A stretch of 64,000 nt of DNA from the NCBI RefSeq assembly GCF_009914755.1, contig NC_060927.1. One strand, 5' to 3'. The notes under the pieces were generated by a model. That model worked only from the letters and a program-made list of their open reading frames with translations, was not told the DNA's origin and did no database searches. A program made the translations under genes and the position numbers. The DNA comes from the human T2T-CHM13v2.0 reference genome, Homo sapiens. This document shows, one piece after another, positions 42,481-56,519 of the stretch. Numbering within the stretch: the stretch's first letter is position 1; every line of letters starts with the position of its first letter.

Positions 42481-43034
42481 CCTAAATGATGTCTAAGAAG
42501 GAGTCAGCCAGGTGGAGAAGTGGGAAAGGATATTCCTAAGAGAAGGCACATCCCACGCACTCCACTTAGGGAGCAGGAAGGGTTGCCCCTTGAGGGAAGT
42601 TGGGGTTTTGCTGGGTAGGCTTGAAATTGCCCTGGGTTGGCCTCTTTATTCTATTAGGGGTTTAATTCATTTAAAGTTTGAATCATTCATTCAAGTCTTT
42701 AAGGCTCAGCCCTAAACCTGATATTCTAAGAAATATATTCCTAACACTCACCTGACGTGTGTCCTTAATGGTGCCTAATGGTCTTTTTTCCTTAGTGATC
42801 TTTCCCTCTCATGTAGATGATAAGATCCTCGGAGCAAACCCAGTGGTGATGATCAGCCAATGTGATTGAGTTCTTAGGGTCCTAGGCTATAGCTGTACAA
42901 GGGAACCCATTGCTTGTTCACACCATAGCTAGCACAGTGCCTGATACACATGAGAAGCTAGTGCTCATTACATACTGAGTTTAAAATGAATGGATGAATT
43001 AGTATAAATACCTCAGGTGGGGTTCAGTAAGAAA

Positions 43035-43275
43035 ATAGTAGAGTGATTAAGAGTACAAGCAGTGGAGTTACAATGCCTGGGTGCAAATCCTGGCTCTGCA
43101 AGTGCTAGCTTCATTAACCTGGGCACATCCTATAACCCCTTTGTGCCTCAATTCCTCATCTGTAAAATGGGATTGATAGTAATAGCTGCCTCAAAGGATT
43201 GTTGAATGCAATAAATAGCATAATACATATTGATTGCTTCTAAGAATTATAAACATTCAATAATTGTTATCTCTT
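43035..43275 (+). mobile_element. MIR SINE
   Basis: gtgcctcaattcctcatctgtaaaatggga. Confidence 0.75.
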
Positions 43276-43864
43276 ATTTTTGTTAAGGGCTGAGTTTGAC
43301 ATTAGCCAACCTGTCCACATATTAACTGGGATACCTTGGTGAGGACGGGAATGTTTGTCTGAGGTAGGGATTATGGGTGAACTGATGAATCTTTGCTATG
43401 CCTGCCCTTCATTAACACACATTATGGCCGGTAATTGTATTATTTTTCGTAAAATACTTATTTGAAGCTAAAATAGGAAATCACATACATAAAGATAAAA
43501 ATAGAGGTCTTGGCAGGGTTCTTCAAATGGGACCCTCAAGTATGAGCTGGTTTCATGAGATCACCTGTAGTTATTAGGGAGTGCTGTGTGGGAGAATTTT
43601 ATTCTGTCTCCCTGTGTAATCACCTGAGCTGGGCTTTTGGAATTCTAGATGAGGTAATAAAAATAGGAATGTTTGTCAACAGGCAGCCAGTAGATATACA
43701 CCTAGCTGAAACTGTATGTCGTATGGGTGAGAAGGCCATGGAAACTTGTGACTTCGCAGCTCAATACTTTTGTGAATTATTTACAGTTTAGAGTGGCTAT
43801 TGAAAAGCTCTGGGGCTGATACTGTCTTATCTTCTTTTCTTTTTTTATTCATAAATACTTAGAC

Positions 43865-44046
43865 CTGCACTGTCCAGTACAATTGTCACTAGCCACATGT
43901 GGCTATTTAAATTAATGAAAATTAAATAAAATTAAAAATTCAGTTGCACTAGACACAATTCAAGTGCCCAATGGCCACATGTGGCCAGGTGTCACTAAAC
44001 TGGACAGCACAGGTAGAAATATAGGACATTCCATTGGACATTACTG
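43865..44046. mobile_element. MER3 (hAT-Charlie)
   Basis: ctgcactgtccagtac...gccacatgtggcta...gccacatgtggcc...tggacagcacag. Confidence 0.8.
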
Positions 44047-47000
44047 ACAGAGTGCAAGTTGTAGACTTTAAGAGTTGCAGATTATAATTGAGTTACCCAG
44101 AGATGGCAAAATCCCAGAACTCATGCAATAAGGATGTTGCAGAATCAAATACAAAAATTAGGAAATGTAAAGGGCAAGTTTGTGTTACCTTTAGACAATA
44201 AAGTTTGACTCTACAGAGTTTTGTTCAATAGCTATTCAATAACCAGGCACTCACTCTATGTAAACTAAATAAAGGGCTCTGGGGAAGAAAGCAGAGTCTG
44301 TCAGAGGCAATCACTGGCCCTAAACTGCTTGCTGGTGAGTTGGATAGATACTAAGTGCATAGAACATAGTCCAAGGAGGTATGTGAGGAAAAGCTGATGA
44401 AATACTGAGACTGGAGTGAGTTCAATACAGGAGGCGATGCCTGACTTTGACATGATAGGAGGTACAAGTGGGACTGAGTCAAGGAGACAGTAATGGGTAC
44501 AGCATGCTAGGGAAACAGAGAATAGGTAACTCCAGATGAATTAAAAATATTAATAGAACTTGAATGCCAATCTAAGATGATTAGACATCATCCTACACAT
44601 GGTGGGAGCCACAGAAGGATTGGGAGCACAGGAGTGCCATCAAGCAGGTAGTATTTCGCCAAGGTGAGTCTGGCAGGGCTAAAGAACTGGACTGGAAGAA
44701 CCAGCCATCTTTGCTGGGATACCAGCCCAGAGGTTGTAGAAAAAATCCAGGCAAGAGGTGAGAAACACCTGACCAAGGTCAATGGAAGGGGAAATGAAAA
44801 GGGAAGCAATAAAAAGGAAAATTCAAAAGGTTTTGACTGATGGGAAAGATAACTGGCAGAAATGTAGCCAAAATGGCTTACTTATTTTGGATGTTTGGGG
44901 TTCAAGAAATACCTGTTGGTTTGGAACTTGACAGGTCGCTCCTCAATGCAATTTCACTGAGTCCTGTTATACCTTCTTAGACTGTTATCTAATGTTGTTG
45001 TGTGCATTTGGTGTCTACCTAACTCCAGGGTAAGCAATTTGGGGCCGGTGATTATGTTTGCCAGGCTTTGCTTTCTGCCCCAGAGCGTGTAGTTTAGTGC
45101 CATGCATGGAAAAAGTGCCCAGTTATTGAACAGCTGTTCTACAATTAACTATAGTCAAGCCCTATTGTCTAAACTTATCTTTTAAATATACTGAGGTAAA
45201 GGGAAGGAATTACTCATTTTAAAATAAAAATTCTGATTAAATGTTCCATTATTTTGGTAAATAGAGATGAATGTGTACGAAATGTCAGTTTTCTGAAAAA
45301 TGGGGGTAAAAATACCTACCTCATAGAGTGCTGAGGATTACACGAGATGCATGCCAAACTAGCACGTGGTGAGCCATCAGTAAATGTTGGTTGATTCTAA
45401 TCTAATGAACTGACTTCTGCACGGGATCGAAAGATCCACATATAATTTCATAGCTATTATCTCCCTACTTACTCATCTGTTGGATGCCATAAAATGAGGG
45501 ACGTTCTGGGGTTCTTCCAGATCACTCCAGGCAGAATTGTTAAACATCTTGTTTGCTCAGTGTTGCAGAAGGCAGGGAGGGGGCTCCAGAGATAACTGCT
45601 CACTCAGGTGTCTGGCTCTCCCCTCACTTCTTCCTGCTTTTGTTACTCTTTTGGAGTGGGACAGCTGTCAGTAGAGCACCACAGGATAAGAAACATAACA
45701 GTAATAAAGAAAACTTTCCAGGAAGAAAGTTTGCAGTGTTTGTATGTGATGTGGCTGGTTTTCATAAGCATCAGAAAAACAGGGTCATTGCCCTCAAGTT
45801 CAATGTCAACTTCTGCCAGAACCTACCCCAGGTTGGGCCATGGCACTGTGAGAAGGGCCACAGCTTCTTCCCTGGGTGCCTTCCAACTAATTCTCCCTTA
45901 CCTTATATATTGAGGTCAGACAAAGCTATTTCATAGACTATCTTCAGCTTGTCGAGAACTCTCAGGGGCCCCCTTTTGCCTAAACAGGAGGTCTGTGCTC
46001 CACTGCTTTGTTTCTCTCCAAAAGCCTTATCCACCATGTAGACTCAACCTTACTTTCTCATTTTCCAAGTCCATCCCTATCTTCAATAAGGAAGAAGTGC
46101 ACTATTTCATGTACCGAAAGATCCAATACCCACTTCCCTTCTGGCTTTGGCCACAGCCCTCACCCCGGATGACTTCTCTTTTGCTTTCCGCTTTGCTGCA
46201 TTTCACTTATCCTTCTATAGAGTGAAGACCCACTTCTTTCAAGATGCCTTTTAAAATTATTCCAGCCGGTAAGCTTGTCACTTTTTTCTGGATTCCTACT
46301 GCACTTATTTACAGTGACAAAAATTTACTACTCTCTAATTGTCTCTTATTTCTTACTGCTGATTTTCCAACTAGACTGAAGTCAGGGTTTATGTCTCGCC
46401 CTTCAAATCACATTATCAAAATTGAAGGTGAGGGCTCTGTGGCATTTAAAAAAATCTTAATTCTCTTTCAGGGTTTTCAGAGCGACCTCTCAGAGACTTG
46501 GCCATGGGGCAGAGGCTTCATCTTTTCTCTCCTTCCCCCACCTATTCCCAATCTTGGCTTCTCTCAAGTCCTGATTTTAGATGCCTTACATATTAAGTAA
46601 ACTTTTGTCTGAAGAAAGGCTTCCTTAGCTAAAGCTTAAGAACTACACAGTTCCCAGCCATTGGAAACTTGAGAGTTGGCTGACTAGTTATGGTGGTGAG
46701 GAGTATTCTAGATTGACCCATTCTGCTTCATGTGTATCTAAAAGCTGAATTACTTCAGGGAAGTAAAGTAGAGAATGGGGCTCAGCCCTTGGGAGATGTA
46801 GCCCCACACATAGAAAAAGTACTTTGTTGCTTGTAGTAAACTTGGAAAGCACAGAAAAGTATAAAGAAAATAAAAATAATCTCGAATCCTCCTACCCAAA
46901 AGGAACGCTTAATCTTGGTGTACTTTTTGGTTTTTCAGTCACACACATTCACATCAATATAATTTGTCCCAGTTGAGATTATCCCACGTATTGAATTTGG

Positions 47001-47074
47001 TGTCCTCCTTTTTTCACATACAATTATACCATGGTCACTAAAATTCCTCTTACATGTATTTGTGATGGCTCATT

Positions 47075-47490
47075 GTTGCAGATTGGTTCCCCAGGAGGCA
47101 GACTCTGAGATGCAGACTGGCAAGGAGGATGCTTATGAGGGACCACCCTTGAAATCAACATCTGCCAAAAGGAAGAGAAGAAGCAGGGTTAGACGGAGGG
47201 AGAGGCTGAGCTGTGATGTAGGCCTTACCCAACCCCATGGGGGAACTCTGGAATTGGGGTGGCCCTCTCAGCTGTCCTAGACTGGGGCAAAGGGGCCAGA
47301 CCTTTATACCTCCTGATGGACTTCTCTTTGGTTTCAGGCTGCCCCAGAAGAACACATGCTCTTGGGTGAGGCAGTCTCCAAAGAGAGTTCACAGCTGATG
47401 TCCATTTGGGGCAGCAGTCCCATCATCTGGGAGAATAGTCCCTTCATTCCTGAAGTGGGATCAGAGCAGCATGTCACAGCCTCCACCACA
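47075..47490 (-). mobile_element. ERVL LTR33-like solo LTR
   Basis: ggttccccaggaggcagactctgagatg...ggatcagagcagcatgtcacagcctccaccaca. Confidence 0.6.
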
Positions 47491-48219
47491 CTCATAACAC
47501 TACCCATAACACTCATAACATAACACTCATAACATAACACTCAACGCTATGCACTGTAGTGCATAGTGTAGTTTACTGTGCTTTCAATAATGGCTGAAAT
47601 TGAGGACTTACTTTACAGCAGCGTTGTGCTGGGTGATCTCACTTAGACCCCAGAACTGCCCAATGAGATGATTGCTAATGCTATCTCCTTTTACTGATGT
47701 GGAAATAAGACTAGACACTAAGTGGGTCCCACAGCTGATAAGTGCGGGAAGCCAGGACTTGAACCCTAAGCCCTAGCTCTATTTGTTTTAGTAAGTACCT
47801 AAAAGAATGTTTCTAGGTAAGAGTTTCAGTTTCTATGCAAAAACATTACTGCATATTAAATGAAAAGATGTATACTATACTGCATTTTCCTTTCATCTTC
47901 AGAACAGACTAGAAAGATGATTTTCAGAATGGTAAAAATAATCATTGCTAGTCCAAGGTGAATTAGAAAACTTAAATAACTACATGAGGGCATATTTTCA
48001 AAAGTTGTGAATAAATGACAATAGGAACTGCAAGGGTTTACTGATAACACCTTTGATTCAAACTGATATATTCAAAACACAAAGCAGCAACTGCATGTCG
48101 ATGTGAAACCTCAAGCTCAACCTGCCCTTTTTTTTTCTACCTTGCATGTAAATTATTATTTCTACTACATGTGAGCAGGAAGGGTAATGCTAGGGCTTCT
48201 ATGTGGCTGTCCAAGAGCC

Positions 48220-48830
48220 ATTTATGCGCATCGCAATTAGTGTCATTTTTGAAAAGCTATTTCAATTAAGGGATGATAAAAATTACCATTTTATTCTTCA
48301 TATTATTATAGAATTTAGGATTTGGGGGTTAAGTTTACTTTCCATTCTTATCTTCATACCACCATTTTATTAATTTTTTCAACAAGACTACCTAAATTTT
48401 TTATATTTTTTAAAGAAAATCTTCCAAAATAGAGGTTTTACCAATTTTTTGCATTGCTCTATTTGCCGTACTATAATCTACGCGTGCTCCTGATGAGTCA
48501 AGATCAATACTCTTTCAGGGTGATTGCATTTGTTTATTTATTTATCCCACTTATGCATCAGCACAAAAATTAAAATTCAGGGTCAGTTATTGCTGGGGAG
48601 TGTTCTCCGCAATGTAATTTGGTTGCTAGGAAACCTGTGGGCGGGCGTTAGCAAGAGGAAGAGAAAGCTCCTCCGCCAGCAATTCAATAGCAGTATTGGC
48701 TTTCATTTCAAACGTGCTAAATAATAGGGCCCTGCAATTTGCCTCCGTTAGCCCAAGTTGCTTACGTTTCTTCCTGAATGGAAAATTAATCTGGTTTAGT
48801 GCCGGGTAACATTTGCAACCATACTTCCTC
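48220..48830. promoter_or_regulatory. CpG-retaining non-repetitive block with RFX X-box, GC/EGR box, AP-1 and FOX motifs
   Basis: TGAGTCA 48494-48500, TGTTTATTTA 48531-48540, GTTGCTAGGAAAC 48622-48634, TGTGGGCGGGCG 48636-48647; about a dozen CpGs in AT-rich DNA. Confidence 0.5.
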
Positions 48831-49788
48831 TGCCAGGCATTAAAAAAAGAAGTTTCCCACTTTGGGAAATAAGAAAGTTCTGTGTCTTTCTTCATGTTTT
48901 ATCATGTTTTTTTTTTTTTTTCCTTTCTTTTCCTTTTCTCTCTCTCTCTCTGTCAAGAAAATGCATCATGTTAACAGCCTTTAAGCCCAAGATCAAGCCA
49001 AGAGGTAGCAGAGCTCAGGAAAAAGAGATCAGGACAGCCCTTTATTTCTAGGGTGTAGGTAGGGTTGGGTATAAAGAGTTCTGCTAGGGTCTGAGGAGGA
49101 GATAAGAGAATTGACCTAGGCATAGAGAGTGCTTGGGGAACTTGGCAAGAGGTAAAAGGAAACCACATTTCTATGTCAGCTCAGGTCCAGCATATCCTCT
49201 ACTTGACCCCTGTCCACACATAAAGCAGAACATAACATCTTGCATAGAGTAGGTGCTCAAGAAACATGTGTTGGCAACACACAAATCCTAATGTAATGAG
49301 CCTGGATACAGGAATTCTATCAGAACAGCTGCAGTCAGTCATAGCGTTGTTGGGGTGCATGTTTTAGGCCTTATGTAATTTCCTGTCTCGGGATGAAAAA
49401 AAATGGACTAACAGCCAAGGCTGGCAAGCTGTTCCTGGCTGAATGTGAACCAGGCTCCAGTTCCACATCCCCAAAAACCCTCCTATGCTTTCCCCCTTTT
49501 GAGTAAATTAATTTTTATCTGCCTGCTCTGAGTTTGTAAGAGCTATTAAGAATGGGTCAGTGCTACCTTCAGAACAGATTTAACAGGATCCCTATGCCTT
49601 TGCAAGATTTCTAAAACCTGGTCCAGGCTAGGGATACCAAGACACTATCTTGAGGTTCTTTGGAAACGTGTCTTCTCTCCTTTCTTCCTTCCTGTTGCTG
49701 TAGGTAATTTTCTCAGGGCTGGATTGATCCAGCCTGCTGACTAGGCTTCCTCCTGGGATACTCCTCTTCCATTCTACCCACTGTGTCC

Positions 49789-49898
49789 TCACAACCTTCT
49801 TCGTCCATATGAGGTCGTTCGTAGAATCTTCTCCAATCGTTTGTCTTTTCTCTTGATACTACGTGCATCCACTGTTGTTTCACAGGATGATATCAGCT
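49789..49898 (-). CDS. Candidate terminal coding exon of an unidentified minus-strand gene: xLISSCETTVDARSIKRKDKRLEKILRTTSYGRRRL*
   Basis: Branch-point-like cactgac, then ttctgctgtctgtggttttgaaaag acceptor; only one open frame; 4 of 5 CpGs lie in Arg codons; minus-strand AATAAA at 49041-49046. Confidence 0.4.
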
Positions 49899-50706
49899 CT
49901 TTTCAAAACCACAGACAGCAGAACTCCCAGGTCAGTGTGCCTTAAAATGGAAGCCAAGCCATCTTGGTGGTCTTCAGAGATTTTCTCCAGGGGCTGGGAG
50001 CTCTCAAAGTTTGAGTCACTATGCCCTTGTAGTTTTTCACTTGAGCAGCTCACCCTCTATAGTGCTTGTATCATTGAATTTTTGAACTCAAGCTTGTGGT
50101 TTACACTGATCTTACAATGGGCAGTTAGAGGGGAGAGGCACAAATAGGAGAAAGAGAGAAGAAGAAATCAGAGTTAGATTTTTAGAAGTTAGGCATGCAA
50201 GGAAAGAGAACAAATGGAACCATCGGCAGAAGAATAAACAAGAACCAAGACGGAAGAAGCCAGTTAGGTTCACCATAAGGACTTAGTGATCTTAGAGCAA
50301 AAACCATGCCTTCAGATGACTGAAGAGAAATAGATGGCAGAATAAGAGAATAAGGAATGTTGAGAAGAGGTGAAGGCCCAGAGCATAGGGATTTGGATAG
50401 GTCTTTTGGGGAGAGGGGAGTGCTTATTACAATTAGCAGGCATTGGCCCGGGTAAGACAGATCATAGGAAATGGAATTCCTCTTCCTCTCATCCTTTCTC
50501 CCACTTCTGACATTTTCCATTCTTTTTTCTTCTCTTTGGGGTATCTTACATTTCTTTTCTCTTCCCTGAATGAATCAATTAATCAATCTTCCTCCCTTCT
50601 CTCTTGCCTTAAAAGTGTTTTTGTGAACTGTAGGTCTTGACCTATTAACAGGTGATGAAATCAGTTTTGAAGCATTTTCAAAACATTGAAATAGAATACA
50701 ATAGTA

Positions 50707-51094
<388 letters not shown>

Positions 51095-51944
51095 TTATGT
51101 GTGTGTAAAATTATTTCAATCAGTCAAGAAAAGTTTGAAGGCAACTAGGATATAATTTACAACTGAGGAAATTTCTTTATTATTTGGTATAATTAGTAAT
51201 GTTTTTTGATGAGAACTTTTAAGAGGGTCATGTTGATAAAGTTTTAATATTTCTTTCTCTCAACTTCTGTCCCAAACAAAAATATCTTGAATTTTTAAAT
51301 TACTTTTCCCTGAATTTTTTTTCTTGTGTATTAGCACCCCTGGAAAGAAAATATGTTTTGTAGCTGAAAAACATCCTAATACTCAGAGTTTATACAGAAT
51401 ATGGACTTCAGTTAAACCCGTAGGCAATCTCCATTTTCTGGATACAAATTAACTGCAATGGGTAGGTTGTTGGCTCAGAGAAGGTGAGTTTTATTAACAC
51501 TCCTGGATGCAGTTATGGCAGGCAACAGAATGTTGAGACATGCAATCAGTTAATTTTTTGTAAAATATGGCAGGCATGGCCTGGAACTAGGAGAGATAAG
51601 TGGAGAGTAACCAACCCTACCTTCAAGAAATTTTCCTCCTTGACCACAAGTTTATATTTTACTTCTGGTTTACTTGATATGTTCCTTTTCACTAAACATT
51701 TTAATAACATACACCTGTATAGTAATTTCGCCATCATTTTAAATTTTTTCTGTTTTGTAAATTGTAAAAGTTATATATATTTGTTGAATCAAAGTCAAAC
51801 AATACAGACATGTAAAGGAAAAGCTCAAAAAAATCCTCTTCTCACTACATCACCACTCCCCCACCACACACACATACATAGCCCCCCGTTTCAGGCCTCA
51901 CTTCAATATCCTTTTGGCCTGTATCCCTCTAGATATAGACAAAT

Positions 51945-52105
51945 GCTATGAACGTTTTAATGTGCACACAAGTCACCTGGGACCTCGTTAAATACAGCTT
52001 CTAACTCAGCAGTTCTGGGGTGAGCCCTGACACCCCACATTTCTAACAAGCTCTCAGGTGATGCTGATGCTACAGGTCCAGAGATCACGCTTTGAGTAAT
52101 GAGGG
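51945..52105. mobile_element. MER5A
   Basis: catttctaacaagctctcaggtgatgctgatgct...ctttgagta. Confidence 0.8.
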
Positions 52106-52819
52106 GCTAGACTGTTGCACTGTCCTGTACAGTATCTAATCACCACATATGACTATTGAAATTTAAATTTCAGTTACTTAAAAAGGAGAGAAAGTATTCT
52201 TTTACAAGCTGCCTTTTCTTTTTTTCTTCTTAAGTCATATATATTACCTTCTAATCTCCCGAAAATGATTTTTAAATTTTATTTTTATTATATGTTTACA
52301 TACAGTATTTAACAAAAATATTGAGATCACACATAATTTTTGGTGCATATCTAATGAAATATTTATACTGAGAGAAGGATGATTATCTGCTTATCATTTA
52401 TTCAGCTATTCATTCATTCAATGAGAGTTGTTGAGTATCTACTATGATCATCTAGACAAAACACAGACCTTGATATCAAATTATTTTCAGTCATAAATTG
52501 AGAGCTTAAAATTTGTAGCCTATCTCCATATCAGTAAAACTGCCCGCAAACTATCTTTTACCCATAATTGGCTATCCTCTGTTTAAGAAACTGATACACA
52601 CATAGAATAAGATCCCATAGTCTCACAAGGATGGACATGATTTAAACCCAAGTGATCTTAACTGGGTGAATTCCTGCACCCTGATTTGTGCCCAGGCCAA
52701 AAAAAGTTCACTCACTTTAATCAGTTGCTTTTATGGAAGGAATATTCTTGTTGCTTTTGACTTATAGAGTAATGCAGGTTTTCTTTTTAGAAAGCACTTA
52801 CGAATTCTTTAAATTTGTT

Positions 52820-54115
52820 ATTAATCAACTTATTGAGGCACAATTTACTTACAACAAAATGCGCAGATTAAAGGTATACCATAGGATGAGCTTTAATAAA
52901 TGTATACCCTTGTGTATATTCTGCACTATCCTGATGTTGAATATTTCTGTCACACAGTATAGTTTCATTCTGCCTCTTTGCACTCAAGCACAACTTCCAC
53001 TCCTACTCCCCCTCCCCACCACAGGCAACCGCTGTTCTGATTTCTGTCATTATAGTTAAGTTTTGCAGGTTTTAGAACTTTTCATAAATGGAATCATATT
53101 ATAGTGTATACTCCTTTTTGTCATTCAGCATAATGGTTCTGAGAGTCATCGTGTTGTTGTGGTGTTGGTACTTTGCTCCTTTTTATTACTGAGTAGTATT
53201 TCATTACATGAAGGTACCACAATTTGTTTATTACTCAACTGTGGTGAACATTTGTGTTGCTTCCAGTGTGAGGCTATTCTGGATAAAACTGCTATATACA
53301 TCCATGTATATTACTTTTAGTAGATATAAGTTTTATATCATCTAGAAGTAGCTGAGTCATACAGTAGATAAATATCTACCTTTAGAAGAAGTTACCAAAT
53401 TACTTTCCAAAGTGGTTGTACCACTTTACATACCCACTGGTAATGTACCAGTGTTCATTTCTCCACACCCTCGTCAACAGTTGGTGGTGTCAGTCATTTT
53501 AATTTTTACCAATTCTAGTAAGTGTTAAATGGTTTCTCATTGTGGTTGCAATTTTCATTAATGTTGAGTGTCTTTTATTTTTGAACTCTTTAGCATTTGT
53601 ATAACTTATTTTTGAAATGGCTATTCCAGTCTTTTGCTCATTGGTTTGTTTCTTATTAATGGATTGTAAGAGTTCTTTTTATATTCTGGATACAAGGCCA
53701 GGGTGAGATATGTGTATTGCTAATGCTTTCCCTCAGCAACTGGTTTATCATTGCATTTTCTTAATGGTGACTTTTGAGAAGCAGAAGCTTCCTAATTTTG
53801 ATGGAATATAATTATCTATTTTTTCTTTTATGGCTAAAACTTCTTACTTCTTAAGAAATCTTTGCCTACCCCAAATGGCAAAGATATTTTCTTAGAGTTC
53901 TTCTAGATGTTTTATAGTTTTAGCTTTTACATTTAGGACTATGATCCATTTTGAGTTAATCTTAGTGGATAGTGTGAGATAAGGGTTGAGATTCAGTTCC
54001 TTTCATATAGATATCTAGTTGTTCCAGCATCATTTGTTTAAAAGACTATCCTTATCCTTTTCCGTTGAATTATATTGGCACTTTTGTCAAAAATCAATTG
54101 ATTGTATATGTGTGG
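52820..54115 (-). mobile_element. Old L1 (L1MB/ME/MD) 3' fragment
   Basis: Antisense L1 3'UTR and ORF2 end (ttccaaagtggttgtacc, ttttacatttaggactatgatccattttgagtta). Confidence 0.85.
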
Positions 54116-56519
54116 CATGATAGGTTTAGTTAAGCACTGGTATATTTAAGCACTAGTATATTTTTACATTTTTTTCAATCTTAAAATCTTGAATGTATTC
54201 AGGCCTGGGGTGATGACTAGAACTGATCTAGATGAGAACAGTCAAGCAGTGTGCATTGCAGGACATTTCCTACCAAGCTCCTCATTTTCTGATGCTCCTC
54301 TATGCTTCCACATGGAGACTGTACAATAGGCACATGCTCCCTGGGCCCAGTCGGACAGCGGCCTCTTAAAACTCCATAGTCCCATCCCCTCACCCATCAC
54401 CTCAGCCTACCCCTCCTTCAAGTCCTGAGAGTACTAGAAGAGAGGACCTCTCATGCTTTGAGGCAGAACCTAGCACACCGGTGGCAGTAGTCAGGATGGA
54501 GCCTTCCTCATGGACCTGAAGACTTCTCTCTGAACCACCAACTGGCCCTTTCTGTTGGGCTTAAGGGGACCACAGGGTGTAGGAGACAGTTGGGGTACAT
54601 TTAAATCCTGCTCTATAGTAAGCCCTACTTGATGAGGTTGTAAATCGTGGTTCATTGCTTCAGTTGCTTTATGTTTAAAGTACTCACTAATTTCATTCAG
54701 CAAGGAAGAATGATCTAAAGAAAGAACCTGAAACTTGGAGTTAGAGCCCAAGACTTGGATTGGAGTTCCAGTTCTTTTACTTGCCTAGTGTGTACTCATC
54801 ATAAATAATAAGAGTGCTGTTAGTGACACACAGGATTGTTGTGAGCATCAAATAAGAGCACTCTGCAAATTGTGTATTCAAACGGTATTTTAAGCATCTT
54901 TCCTTCAGTAGCCCCAAAAGTTGCTATATTCAAATCTGAGTCATTACTTAAATAGGCTTTGTTGAAATAAAGTGCATAATGACTTTGAGTGGATCCACTC
55001 TCTTTAAAAACTCATCAGCAAACATTTGCTTCCTGAGTGATTCCTCTGTAACTTTGAAATACATGAGAAATGATTCTATAGAGGATAACTGCTGCAAGCC
55101 TAGGTCATAGTCAACTTGTCATTTGTTAAGGATTAATACTTTTGCTGAAAATGTATCAAAAATATTGGCAAGAGCATGGGCTGGACATAGAGTACTTTCT
55201 TTATGGCATATAAACAAAAACAAAACCTTTCCCCAAAAGGCTATATAATACCTTACTTCATGTATTATGAAATATGTATCATTATATTTTCCCCTGATAT
55301 TAATTAATTTCAATAAATATTTTGTTGGTAAACATTTTTCCCTAACTATAATGGTGATGCACACTCATTTTAGAAAACTAGGAAACTATAGACATGTATA
55401 AAGTTGAAATTGAAAATTGCCTAGCATCTTCGCACTGAGAGATAACCATTATTAACATTTTAATGAGTATTTTTGTAGCCATTTGTACTCATATATATAT
55501 GCATTTTTAGAAAATTCATAAAGTATTTTTGACATAGTTTTGCACATTGCTTTTTTCTCATTATAAGCAGATTTCAATGTTAATGAATATGTTCAGAAAA
55601 ATAATTTTGAAAGCTGCCTAATATTTTATCTATACTTAGAATTTCTAAAAATTATTTAAATATTGTTTTTCCTAATTATTATTAAATTAAATTTATCAAA
55701 ATTAAATTTTATCTACTTAAATTTGTAACTGTTGAATTTCAGTTGCTGAAAGAATTCTGTTTACTGTAAGAAAAATAAAATATGTCCACTCAAATACACA
55801 CACTAATTTTAAAGGTAGATCATGCATTTTTAGCAGGGACAATATCAACTAAAAGGAATTAAAAAATTGGTTTTGAGTAAAAAGATCTTTCTTTTTTTCA
55901 TGGATAAAGTATAGATATACTGTACATAGAGTATAAAAACAGATATGCAGTATATCAGTAGTATTAATATTTCATGGAGAAGAGAGATGATTAGAAAAAA
56001 AGTCTAAAAAGATTTCTTAGGAGGTGATAATGAAAGATAGATTAAGAAACACTGAGATAATCTTGTAGAATTAAAATCCTGCAGGGCAATGCAATTGCTT
56101 TAAACTTATGCTCATTTCAACGAAATAAGTTTCCTCTCTAACATACAGAATCTTCTGATGTTCTATCTGGTATCAGGTAGTCATTTCTTTTTGAGTACAG
56201 GATGCAGAGAAAAGAAAATATTCAAGTTAAATTAAGGTTGAAATTTCACATGTTGTAATTCCATTTAAATAATAGCACTACATTCTAACACTATTCATTG
56301 TCAAATGGAAAACTCATTTTCTTACTTTAAAAACCCAGAATCAATCATTTGTCTCTTAAAAGAAAGTATTGTGGTTATGTGCTTTGTATTTTAATTTGAC
56401 AAACTTCAGTGGTTTTCCAAGAGTATCAACTGTAGTTTTATATGCAAATCTAATAATTGAAAAGACACAATCACCACAAGAACAAAAATGATAGCAAAAT
56501 GCACTGACTTAGGTTGTCT

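Noticed and set aside
48480-48525. CTGATGAG resembling a hammerhead ribozyme core
   Set aside because: After the potential stem II (gagt...actc) the sequence is tttc rather than GAAA, and no stem III/UH cleavage site follows; an AP-1 site explains it better
51484-51951. 155-aa plus-strand ORF
   Set aside because: Non-ATG start in AT-rich, partly L1-like DNA with no homology recognised
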